Below are positions 27,856 to 41,615 of a DNA stretch of 64,000 nt, in pieces; within the stretch, counting starts at the first letter, position 1; every line of letters begins with the position of its first letter. A model generated the notes under the pieces. That model saw only the letters and a list, made by a program, of their open reading frames with translations. It did no database searches and was not told the DNA's origin. Location: assembly GCA_951406725.2 (NCBI GenBank), contig OX597835.1, positions 20,026,001-20,090,000 on the forward strand, read 5' to 3'. The DNA comes from Octopus vulgaris (taxonomy: Eukaryota). Position numbers and translations under genes: made by a program.

Positions 27856-28200
27856 GGTTTTGCGATGAAGCCCGTTCAGATCGGCTTCTTTGTATCGGCG
27901 AAACGGTGACGGCCCGGCCCGGCCGCAACCCGACACTCGTCGTCGTCATCAGTGTCGTCGTCATTAAGGACGATAGCAGGAGCCGAGTGGAAAAGGCTAC
28001 CGAGGCGATGTTAAATATATCCACGTATTATTGCCACTCGCAGTTGGTGACAGAGGGCAGTTTGAATGGCGCTTTAGCAAGCGTCGCACGATTGGGCGGC
28101 AACAGCAAATGCGTTGGTGACGAAGAAAAGCAGATAAGCTCAGTGACTAGTAATAAATTAGCACAGCGTAGAATCACTGGATAGGAAACGAACGATAACC

Positions 28201-28430
28201 TATTTCCTTACTACCCACAAGGGGCTAAACACAGAGAGGACAAACAAGGACAGACATAGGTATTAAGTCGATTACATCGATATCAGTGCCTAACTGGTAC
28301 TTAATTGATCGACCCCGAAAGGATGAAAGGCAAAGTCAACCTCGGCAGAATTTGAACTCAAAACGTAGCGGCAGACGAAATACCGCTCAGCATTTCGCCC
28401 GGCGTGCTACCGATTCAGCCAGCTCTCCGC
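28201..28430 (-). mobile_element. SINE C, full length
   Basis: Reverse complement of 27625-27855, moderately diverged. Confidence 0.9.
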
Positions 28431-28692
28431 TTCCCCGTAATTTTCAAAGTTTACGACTATTTTGATGATTAGAATGTGAAAGAATGTTGAGATCTACTGT
28501 ATTCCATGGTGTAGATGATTCTATGAGTTTATGCTGTTAAGTGGGTTTTCATAATCAATAAGCTAGTCAAATGTGTGCGTCCACTGAATCAGGCTGTCAT
28601 CTAAGTAAAGTTTCCAGTTTACGAGTAAATACTTACGAAAGTGTAAGCAGCATGGACTGTGTCTCGTGTGTACACATTTCTGTATATATTTA

Positions 28693-28914
28693 TAAGTCGG
28701 TGCTGAAAGGTTCCTAGATTTTGATAAAAGAAAATACAGGAAGGACAGTTAATCATGATTTTATTCAACATATTCCACTCACAGAATTCCACACATATTG
28801 CAGCGGCCCTCCAGTTTCTCTAGCCCCGCCCCCAAAGAAATCTGAAGTTTTGGCATCTTCAACCCTAGGCTTTCACCACACCCTTATAGCCAGGGACTTC
28901 TCAGCAACCCCTCT
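28693..28914. mobile_element. Mariner-type MITE, diverged
   Basis: Homologous to 58244-58464; termini GTGCTGAAAGGTTCCT and GGGACTTCTCAGCAACCCCTC; TA flanks. Confidence 0.65.
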
Positions 28915-29122
28915 TATATGTTTATGTATGTATATATGAATGTGTATAAATATATATTTATATATGTATATATATGTATGTATATATGTGTGTATATATA
29001 TATATATGTACGTGTATATATATATGTATATATGTGTGTATATATATATGTGTATATATGTGTGTGTATATATATATGTATGTATTTATGTATATATATA
29101 TATATATGTATATATATATGTA

Positions 29123-29162
<40 letters not shown>

Positions 29163-29191
29163 GGTTTTTTTCTGTGTTTTCTTGTTTGGAT

Positions 29192-29237
<46 letters not shown>

Positions 29238-29244
29238 CATATAT

Positions 29245-29387
<143 letters not shown>

Positions 29388-29590
29388 TTTTATATATGCA
29401 TACACACACAAACTTATATATATATAGAAATTTATTTATAGGAAGAGATAGCGAAAAAGAAAATATATTATATATGATAGTGAAAACAATGGAGAAAAGA
29501 AAAACATATGAATTGATAAAGATTAGTATAAAAGTACAGAAAATAAAGCATAAAATAAATACAAAAATATGAGGGGAGAAAGGGAGAAAG

Positions 29591-29621
<31 letters not shown>

Positions 29622-29993
29622 CAGTGATGGGAGAAAGCGAGAGGGAGGCGGAAATGACACAAAATAAATGAAGGACAAAACAAGAGAAGTATGTCATCGT
29701 CGCCATAGTGATTAACGTAATAATAATTATAAGGATGATTCTAATGACGACAATGCTGATTAGACTGGTGATGAAGATCTCAGGGGGGCGGTGTCCGGGA
29801 TGGTGATGGTGATGGTGATGACGATTCTGGTGTGGGATTGTATAATACTGGCTGTGTTGAAGGTGGAGATGTGTTGAAGGACGAGGAGGAGCAGCCGTGG
29901 AGCCGACGACGTAGATGTGATGGGGGACAGGTAGTAGAATCAGTGATGCTGTCGGTTAAGGTAACACTGATGCGCATGCCCATGATGATAACG

Positions 29994-30225
29994 TATTTCT
30001 TTACTACCCACAAGGGGCTAAACACAGAGAGGACAAACAAGGACAGACACACGGATTAAGTCGATTATATCGACCCCAGTGCGTAACTGGTACTTATTTA
30101 ATCGACCCCCGAAAGGATGAAAGGCAAAGTCGACCTCGGCGGAATTTGAACTCACAACGTTACGGCAGACGAAATACGGCTACGCATTTCGCCCGGCGTG
30201 CTAACGTTTCTGCCAGCTCGCCGCC
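29994..30225 (-). mobile_element. SINE C, full length, young
   Basis: 11-bp TSD TGATGATAACG at 29983-29993 and 30226-30236. Confidence 0.93.
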
Positions 30226-30647
30226 TGATGATAACGACGATAATGATGGCGATGTTGACGACGTCAGAGTATGCAACACAAACAAGTAATAGAAATAACA
30301 CTCTAAGATGAGGGGGAGTTATTAAATATAAGGAAAACAATCTGCCACAGTTTATGAATGACCACGCGTATTTTCACTACACTGTCCATATATTATTTTT
30401 CTATGTCAATAATTCATAACTACTTGTCGAATCGTAAAATTCTTCCTTTCAGACAGCTTCTCTTTTATCTGATACGTTAGATTTCACGTCTTTCTTCGGC
30501 TTTTACTAAATTTTTCCTTATTTCTTTCGCTTTATTCTATTCCTTTCAATATCATTTTGTATTTTATTATATACTGGAAAAAGTGAATAGGAAAAGCCCA
30601 CATAAAAATATAAAAAAACCTGCATATTTATACATACATACATAAAT

Positions 30648-30691
<44 letters not shown>

Positions 30692-30720
30692 TTAAATATA
30701 TATATATATATATGCATATG

Positions 30721-30780
<60 letters not shown>

Positions 30781-30886
30781 AATATATATATATGTAAATA
30801 TATATATATATATATATACATATATAAATATACACATACATATATACATAAATATATATTAAGCATATATATATATATACATATAT

Positions 30887-30985
<99 letters not shown>

Positions 30986-31212
30986 TATGAGTAATTGTGC
31001 TATATGTGTGTGAGTATATGCTACTGTGAATATATGTAAGTATTTGTGATTGCGTTGGGAAGGAGACGTGGCCTATTTTCGTCGGAGGTGAAAAAGAATA
31101 TACAAATAATAAAAGAAAACAAACGCATAAGATTAGAAAAAATATTGTATTTTTTTTACATTTGGAAACAATGTAGGATTATTATTTTTGCAAATATATG
31201 AATTCAAACGTT

Positions 31213-31247
<35 letters not shown>

Positions 31248-31300
31248 TATTATTTGTATATAGGTATATAAATTTGTACATAAGCGTGTATATAAATGTG

Positions 31301-31358
<58 letters not shown>

Positions 31359-31545
31359 AGCGTGTGCATGTATATATAGCAAAATAGATAGATAATTTCT
31401 TATTTCAATATATGTTTTTTTTCTTTTCTATGTAGAGATACGTCGTCAGCGTTATTATTCAGTCTCGTATACTTGCATAGAAGCATGCAAGCATATATAT
31501 ATACACATATAAGCATACATGCATACATACATATATATATATATG

Positions 31546-31587
<42 letters not shown>

Positions 31588-31687
31588 TATATATATGAGT
31601 ATATATATATATTAATATATATATATATATACTTATATATATATATTAATATATATATACTTATATATATATATACTCATATATATA

Positions 31688-32178
<491 letters not shown>

Positions 32179-32319
32179 TATTCTTATCCTCGTCATCATC
32201 ATAAGTGTTTTATAAATCCGTGTTATTATTCTGGTTCCTGCTTTATATTCATATAAACCCGGACTCAAATTGTATCTCTGAAACGCAATAAATAATATGC
32301 TACTCGTATGCTACTATTC

Positions 32320-32635
32320 TTCATAGTATGACTTATTGAATATAGTACATCTTCAACTTTATAAAGATTGATGTCACGAGGTATATCGCCGCTGGATTTT
32401 CCCAATGTAATTTTTACATAAGGCTTAATGCTCCAGTAGTCACTTGTATTATATTGGTCTTCATATACCACATCCTGCTGCTTTAATACTCCAGGTGTTT
32501 TTAGTTGGTCAACTTCAAAGAGTCTACGATGTAAAGGTCTTTTGGAAGGTTATTGCAATGTCGATACACAAACACAACCTCTTCTTTTTGTTCTTGATAT
32601 TGATGGCAAATTTGCAGCTGATGTTTGAGAGATTT
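32320..32635 (-). pseudogene. R4/Dong-like non-LTR retrotransposon restriction-like endonuclease remnant
   Basis: Across frames: INIKNKKKRLCLCIDIAI...KLTN*KHLE...RMWYMKTNIIQVTTGALSL, resembling the PD..ID.A...K..KY..L...W.....P...GALG C-terminus. Confidence 0.65.
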
Positions 32636-34047
32636 ACTAAAGTGTAGTGAACAGAAAAACAGCCGGTAGATTACCCACACGCATGATGTATATATGTATG
32701 TATGTATGTATGTTCCAACATGGATGTAATTTTGGAATTAGACCGGTGTAATTCGGAATAGCGGCGCGTCTTTGTATGATTTCCAAATATTATGGAGCAT
32801 TATTCTGAATATATTTTCGTTTTATCTCCACAACTAAAAGACTTCGGGCAAGGTATAAATCTAAGATTTACAATACACAATTAAAAATTAGAAAAAACGT
32901 ATCCTCTACGTCACGGTAATTATATAAATTATGAGTGAATATTGCAAAAGAACGGAAAAAATGTTTCAAGGTTTTCTTGTAAAAAATATGTACCTTTAAG
33001 ATTCTACATGTAATTGTTTGCAAAATGGGCGAAAACCTTTGAGTAGCTTATAATGCTCGTGATTATAATACTGTGCTCTTGCTTTCTGTAACATCTGATC
33101 TTTTCATCATAATATTCTATTATTCCATTTAAAATGATTACCACGTAGTGTCCATGAACTTCTGTCTGTCTTTCTCGCTCTCTCTCTCTCTCTGTTTCTC
33201 TCACTCTAGATGTCAAATCTTGTACAGAAGGGCAGAAACAATTCTTAAATTTGCTCATCTCTGCATAAGTAGCAAGAACAATATGTGAGAGCTTTGTATA
33301 TGCTACAAAGTGGAACATATTTTCAAAAGAATCCTATGCATTAAGTATGCATAAATACTGATACACATGCACTTCTATGCATGCACTCGCCGAGAGGATT
33401 GCTCGAATTATGATCAGTGCTGACCGTAGGCAACATAAAAAAATGACAGCGAACAATCGATATAACAAACGCGCGATTAATCGAAATATCTTTAACGTTA
33501 GATATCATTTTATCAACACAGTATTTGATGTCGATGACTAATGATTCATTCCTTGATACATTTCTTCACTCAAGGGTTTGAGAATTATTCTATAAGACAA
33601 AGATCAGAACACACTTTTGATACAATGATATTCCAATGTAACATAGAGAGCATCGTAATAATACACCGTGTCTCTGGTCACTCACTAAGCGGGATATATT
33701 TCATAACTTCAAACACATGAAATCATATATAAATATATTGAATACAAATATAGCGTATATCTATATTTATATATATTTTCTTTCCATTGAATATATTTGT
33801 ATGTCTCCAACCGTTATTTTACCTCTGAATCTCTCTCTATAGACTCCATCCTTTCACCCTTAAGTTCTGACTATTAGTTTTTATGGCTATATCTCTCTAA
33901 ACGTATTTTACTGATCTTCCATTTTATTTAATTTCCCTATATTGAAACTCATCGTTTATTTTTGCAAGGATTCACTTTGAAAATCGAATCAATTATTATA
34001 TTTCTTTGCCGGTATAAAATATATCGTAAATCACATATCTACACAAA

Positions 34048-34105
<58 letters not shown>

Positions 34106-34332
34106 TACACACACACACATACACACACATATATATTTATATATGTATATATATACATATATACATACATATATATATATTGGTTTGTGTGTTCATATAG
34201 AAATATATGAAGGAGAAAGCGATAATAAAGTGTAATAAACATGAATATTGAAGTAAAACTATATTCACCTTTCACACATAAGCGCACCTATATACAGAAA
34301 GACACAGGTAAGTAGATGCGTACGTACATACA

Positions 34333-34424
<92 letters not shown>

Positions 34425-34447
34425 CATATATATGTATAGATAGATAT

Positions 34448-34496
<49 letters not shown>

Positions 34497-35424
34497 CACA
34501 AACACACACACATACACATACTGACGTGCATATATATTAATGTATACTTCAGGTATATGTGTAAAGATAGATATTTAGATAATATAATACACATTTGTTT
34601 GTACGTATCATTATCTATCTAATAAAAATTTTCGCTCGCTTTTCCCTATGATTGTATCTCACAAACAGAGGCAAAGCTGCATATACTAATGCAAAAAGCT
34701 TTCATAATGTAAGAAACAGCAATAAACTCTCGGATTTATACATATGACATTTGTGTGCGATTTGAGAACATAAAAGGAAGGACTGGCGCAGTTTGGCTAG
34801 ATTTAAAGATGTGTGACAGCTATATGCAAGAAGACATCTAACATAACTTAGGAAACGAATAAAATCCTAAAGAGTGCATGATAAATATGGTAATAACGTA
34901 CGTGATGTGTACACCATGGGGAAAATTTTATATATAGCCACGGTCGATGCTTAATATCAATAAAGTGTATTACAATTCAATTCAGTTAATTTTATGTATC
35001 CCTAGGAATTCACTTTATATACTGATTATCTCAAAGTTCATATTTATTCTAGCGTGCAATAGATTATGTTATGAGGAGGAAGAATACACCGAAGGAAAAT
35101 GCTATAGTTCAGTAAACTGAGAACCAACTGGGGAACAGCTGTCGCAATAACTTTCCGCTTCTAATATTCTGAGGAATATCACACCGAATGAAAGGTGCAA
35201 TATTGTAATATTCTTCTTAGATTCCTTCATCAAATTTATATAATAATCGTATCTTATTGTTTTTGCTATCAGTCGCATTTATGGCCGATTGTCTCTATTT
35301 CTAGATATCCTGAATACAGTGTTGCTATCCAAATTGCTTGTGCAAAGAGTTAGACGGAAGCACACAGGTTTATACACAATCAAACACATACACATATATG
35401 TATGTATGTAACGGGAAGCTTTAT

Positions 35425-35625
35425 GAAAATAGACAAAAGACGAAGGCAGGTGGAATACAAACAAACAATTGTATTAGTATGGCGCTCAGGAATATAAAAA
35501 AAAAACAAGTCTTTTACGTTTCGAGCCTACGCTCTTCAACAGAAAGATACACAGAAAAGAAACACGGAGAGAAACAAGGAGAGAAAAAAAAAGCGTGCAG
35601 AAGCTAGCGAATCAACATGGCGATC
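35425..35625 (-). mobile_element. Penelope-LTR-like cassette with variant hammerhead (35510-35547)
   Basis: Minus strand reads TCTTT-CTGTTGA-A-GAGC gtag GCTC-GAAA-CGTA-AAAGA; an identical 37-bp piece sits between TA tracts at 18289-18325. Confidence 0.6.
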
Positions 35626-35651
35626 ATGTATGTATGCACACACATACGCAG

Positions 35652-35682
<31 letters not shown>

Positions 35683-35691
35683 TTATTTTTC

Positions 35692-36099
35692 CCTGTTTCA
35701 GTCATGTATCTGCAGCAATGCTGGAGCACCACCTTTAGTCGAAAACTCCACGCCAGGACTTATTGTTTGCGTGCCTTGTACTTTTTTCAATCGGTCTCTT
35801 TTGCCGAACCGCTAAGGTACGGATCGCAAACACACCAACATCGGTCGTCGAGTGATGGTGAGGGGATAAACACAGACACAAACACACATACAGACACAGA
35901 CACACATATACACACATACATCAATACATACATCCATCCATACCTATATATATATATGCATACAAACATTCATACATACATACATACGTATATACATATA
36001 TATATACACGACGGGTTTCTTTCAGTTTCCGGCCAGCAAATCCACTCGCATGGCTTTGGTAGAGCCGGGGCTATTATAGAAGAAACTTACCCAATGTGC
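35692..36099 (-). mobile_element. SINE A, diverged, head missing
   Basis: Body segments flank a CA/TACA-rich interior. Confidence 0.75.
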
Positions 36100-36369
36100 A
36101 TATAAAACAGAGTATGAAAAAAAGGCATTCACATATTTGACAAGAGTGGGCGTATGCCAACATTATACAACATCCATTCTCCTCGATTCTACAATCGCTT
36201 TCGCAGAGCAGTAACGGGAAAACTTTGAGATGCAGATTGAGTTCAAAGGTTGGTTTCTTCCTTAATGGCTCAACGAAACCGATTTCTAAACTCAAACGGG
36301 GCAGCTCTACAGTTCTGCACTGAGTAAATTTTATGTATACGCACGTGCATGGACACACACACACACTCA

Positions 36370-36432
<63 letters not shown>

Positions 36433-36447
36433 ATATATATATGTAGG

Positions 36448-36484
<37 letters not shown>

Positions 36485-36817
36485 ATGTATGTATGTATGT
36501 ATGTATGTGTGCCGGTGTATGTGATGGCGTACATATGTGTACACATCTATGGCCTACACGGGTACTATTCTGAGAAGTTGAAAATATTCAGTCATGTATC
36601 GATGATTGTGGTTGATGTCACTCGAGGTTATATATTTTTATGGAAATGCGTGTTATTTTGCATACAGACACATCTATAGAAACGCATTCTCAAACACAAA
36701 CTAACAGAAACGCACACATATTCACACACACACCTTCCACGCTGCAATTGTTTTCTTTCCAGCACGCGATCTCAAATCAAGTCACTCGCTATGCAAGTAC
36801 ATCTCTCTCTCTCTCTG

Positions 36818-36855
<38 letters not shown>

Positions 36856-37332
36856 TTTATAAATACATATATATAAATATAGATAAAGTATATATGAGTG
36901 TATGTGTGTGTGTGTGAGTGTATGTATATAGTTATCTGCATGCGAGATATCCTGAAGTATGTGGCGATGAATACTTTGCATACGAAAATATCAATAGACA
37001 TTCTTTCATTTTTCTTCAGAAAACCTAGTTCTCATTTGAAAATAATAACAGGTCATATAAATATCTTGTCTCGTCTGGATATGGGTGAGGTGGGTTGGCT
37101 GGTGATATCCCCTCTCCTTCACACAAACTCAATGCACACCACATCGATTTTTCTGTGATACATATGTGTTCTATATATCAATTTCATTTTCACAGATCTT
37201 CTTCTATCCTCTCATTTTACAATATCCTATTTATTTGTGTTTCTTTCAATATACCATCCATGATTTATTTACAAATGTGTCTGCACGTAAAACATCGTTA
37301 CACACATATCTATGTTCGTGTGCTGGATGAAT

Positions 37333-37476
<144 letters not shown>

Positions 37477-37594
37477 TCGATTGATAGATATAAACACAAA
37501 TATAGATATAGTATTTTTTAGCAAATATCTTCATATATTAATATATATATATATAAATATATATATATTTATATATATATATATATAAAAAAAA

Positions 37595-37632
37595 ATAGAA
37601 AATATATTAATATTCGCATCTTTAGATATACT

Positions 37633-37676
<44 letters not shown>

Positions 37677-37714
37677 AGTATATCTAAAGATGCGAATATT
37701 AATATATTTTCTAT
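37595..37714. repeat. Perfect 120-bp palindrome centred on (AT)n
   Basis: 41-bp arms at 37595-37635 and 37674-37714 are exact reverse complements. Confidence 0.92.
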
Positions 37715-37732
37715 CCTTTTTTTATTTTTTAC

Positions 37733-37950
37733 CTTCTTTAACTTGTTTCATTCATTTTGCTCTGGCGATGGTGGAGTCGAGGAAAATGGACTTTAGTCAA
37801 GGAAATCGGCACACCAGAACTTATCGTTTTAAACCTCGTACGTATTCTATCGGTCTATTATTCAGAACCGCTAAGTTACGTGGCGGTAATCACACCAGCA
37901 TTGGTTGTCAAGCGATGTTAGAGGGACAAACACACGCACACACACACACA
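37733..37950 (-). mobile_element. SINE A, 3' half, diverged
   Basis: ACTTGTTTCA.TCATTT...GAACCGCTAAGTTACG...CACACCAGCAT.GGTTGTCAAGC. Confidence 0.7.
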
Positions 37951-38027
37951 AAACTTGCATATATGTATACATATATACATTCATACATATGCACAAACAC
38001 ACACACACACACACACAAATATGTATA

Positions 38028-38190
<163 letters not shown>

Positions 38191-38454
38191 GTGTTTACTG
38201 CTGTGTCAGAAGAGAGTCATTCTCTTTTAGTGCAACCGGTAAAATTTCCACTCATTTACTGATTTATTATTTTCTAAAACTCACACAAAGAATTTTGCAA
38301 ATCAAATCCAAACGGAAACATGTATATATATATATATATAAATAAATCGGGCTTTAAAGTGATATGTAAGATCAAAGTAATTTCTCGAAAATTATTTTGA
38401 AAATACATAATTTAAAACCCAAATTAAAAATTCCCTAAGAACTTTCTTGACAAC

Positions 38455-38527
<73 letters not shown>

Positions 38528-38534
38528 AAACGGA

Positions 38535-38566
<32 letters not shown>

Positions 38567-38570
<4 letters not shown>

Positions 38571-39000
38571 GTTGTCAAGAAAGTTCTTACGGAATTTTTA
38601 ATTTGGGTTTTAAATTATGTATTTTCAAAATAATTTTCGAGAAATTACTTTCATCTTATATATCACTTTAAAGTCCGATTTTTTATCTACCTAATCGTGT
38701 TACACTTTGTCTGTTTGAATAATTAGGTCATTGTCTCCGGAACGTTGAATACAACATGAACAAAAAAAAAAAAACTCGCACAATTATCTTATTCCAATTC
38801 AAGCTAGTCTGAAAAGCTACTGAAACAGCTCGCGATATCCACGATGCGTTTGGCCCAGGAACCACTACTGAATTACAGCACAATGGTGGTTCAAGATATT
38901 TCGTAGCGGTGACGAGAGTCTTGAAGAGGATAAGCGTAATGGTCGGATGTTGACAACGATCAAATAAGAGCCTTAGTTGAAGCAGTCCACGCACAACTGT
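38567..39000 (+). pseudogene. Mariner transposon 5' end: TIR plus N-terminal transposase remnant
   Basis: TA then TTGGGTTGTCAAGAAAGTTC; MNKKKKTRTIILFQFKL.*KATETARDIHDAFGPGT..AQWWFKIFRSGDESLEED..R.GR..DVDNDQIRALVEA is a mariner HTH region. The first 115 bp are inverted at 38344-38458. Confidence 0.88.
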
Positions 39001-39522
39001 TATATATATATTTTCCTGGTGAGGACGGTTTTACGAGTTTACCCTGGGTTTACCGTTCGTAACTGGGTTAACTTTGTAATGTGTCCCATGACCTCTTGGT
39101 CTAAGACCTCTTTAAAATATGAAAAGGAAAGGCGGGCGTACCCCCTACCACCGCCACCATCTTTGAAGGCCGTAATAATAGCAGTAAGAAGCTTGGCTAC
39201 AGTGTTAGGGACTACAGCGAATCCTCCGCCGATAGCATTATCAAAGCCGCCACTCCACCTCTACCTCCACCCAACCCCGACACCTACAGCTCCAGCAACA
39301 GAATCGTAGACGATGACAACAGCAACAACAACATCAGCGATAATATCGAAAGCATTAGTGACAACATCAACAGGGGTATTACAGGCATCACACGCAGGGA
39401 GCTGCTTGTATTAGTGCCTCCAGCGGCACTAACACTACCAGCCCCGGCGCTAACACCAGTAACCCCAGATCCAACATCATCATCATCAACAACATCATCA
39501 CCATGAAGAGCAGCAACAACAA

Positions 39523-39930
39523 GGAGGCGCAATTGCCCAGTGGTTAGGGCAGCAGACTCGCGGTCGGACGATCGCGGTTTCGATTCCCAGACCGGGTGTC
39601 GTGTGTGTTTATTGAGCGAAAACACCTAAAGCTCCACGAGGCTCTAGCAGAAGGTAGTGGCGACCCCTGTTGTACTCTTTCGCTCTAACTTTCTCCCACT
39701 CTTTCTTCCTGTTTCTTGTCCCCGACTTCCTAAGCAACCGCTGAGCCTGGATGCGCATTCATCTATCCGTCGATGCTCTCGATGTCGGGAGTTGACCTGC
39801 TTTCTCTTCTGCGGTTCTTACGAATAGCAAAGGACCACGTCTCGGACTTCTCCCACTCTGGGTTCTGCACCTGACATGCACTATCTGATAATGAGCAGGA
39901 TTCAGAAGTTTCACATCCATGTGTCTGTGT
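39523..39930 (+). mobile_element. SINE B with another distinct tail
   Basis: Head and body match family B up to CTTCCTGTTTCTTG (about 39718); tail CCCCGACTTCCTAAGCAACCG... is not seen in other copies. Confidence 0.8.
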
Positions 39931-39935
39931 GTGAG

Positions 39936-40140
39936 CTACTACTACCACTACAACAACTAACTCTACAAAAAACACTACTACAACTACTACTACTACTACC
40001 AACACTACTTCTACTACTTATACTACTACTACTATTACAACCACCACCACCACCACCACCACCACCGCGTCTACCAGCACCACTACCACCACCGCCACCA
40101 GCACCAGCACCACTACAACACCTCCATTACAACAAGAACA

Positions 40141-40194
<54 letters not shown>

Positions 40195-40272
40195 GCTGCT
40201 ACTACTATTACTACAGGTACTACTACCACTACTCATGCTACTGCTGCTGCTGCTACTACTGCTGCTGCTGCT
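39936..40272. repeat. (CTA)n/(CCA)n/(CTG)n compound microsatellite
   Basis: Directly visible. Confidence 0.9.
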
Positions 40273-40743
40273 TTACCTATTTCTGTTGCATATTAATATT
40301 TATTATCGTATTTGCAGTAGTCTTCATAAAGGCAACTCTAAAGTTCTACTGATTTCAATTTCATTATTTTTTTCTCCTTTGAGGTTATGTGAACCGATAC
40401 ACATTTTTCATACGCGCTTCTTCCATCTATTTAATTATATGTAAGTGGTAATTGTTTAATATATTCATGTGTATTTTAGTATGTTTAGTTAATGGACTAC
40501 TGACGTCTATCACTCTTAAGACATAAGCCGTCATTGTTCTTGACGTTTTCATTTTGTGTGTACCTCTTTCAGTTAAGTACAAGCATATTTTTAAATGTCT
40601 TTTCCATTAATATCGTATATAATGTGCCTATTTGTTCAGTATCTATACATACATGCACACATACATACAAAGATACATTCATAGCAACATAAGTGCATAC
40701 AAATATACACACACGCACATAGATATGTAAGCATATGTGTGTT

Positions 40744-40774
<31 letters not shown>

Positions 40775-41615
40775 ATGTATATATAGAGAGAGAAAGTGAG
40801 AGAGAGAGAAAGAGAGAGAGAAATAGATAGATAGGTAGATAGATAAACAGACATGCATTTACATGCATGTGTGGGTATAAATAAATAAATAAATAAATAT
40901 TTATGTGTGTGTATGAGTGTGTGTGTGTGTGTGTGTGTGTGTATGTCGATATGTACGTGCATATATACGTACATATATACATAACTACGTACATAAATAC
41001 ATACATGCATACATTCATACTTACACACTTACGTTTATTGTTCACTGTCGGGAAAAATGAGTACTGAAATACTAAATTTTAGTGGTTAAGTATATATTTC
41101 ATTTGGGTCGAATCAGGCTCTGGCTTGTGTAAATTTGATCTGTGGTTACAGAATTTTGTTAGACAAGGTATGCTATAACTTGCCTGACATTCACATCTAC
41201 CTCGAGGGGAAACGCAGTACACGGAGTGACCATTTTCACAAAAATAAGACTCATTTGGAACGCTAGACCCATCCTTAGAATAAAAGCTTCCTTGACACCA
41301 AGACGAATGCTGTAATGTAAGTTCGCTGTGTGATAGGTATATTTCAACCTAGATATATCACTTCTGGAAAAGGTTTCAACATCAATATAGCTTTCTTCAG
41401 GATTTTCTAAGTCCAATATTGATTCATTCTTTGAGGAATTACGCATTATATTTTAAATAAGAGTTTGAGCTACAAGAACAAAATCTTAAGAACTGAAAGT
41501 CATGAAACCAGAATCCTTTATTTATTTTATTTAGATTTGAAACGATTAGGTTCATACATTCCATTTGCTGATTGTAATCGAGGTAAATGACTAGTTTATA
41601 TCCTTAACTACTATA

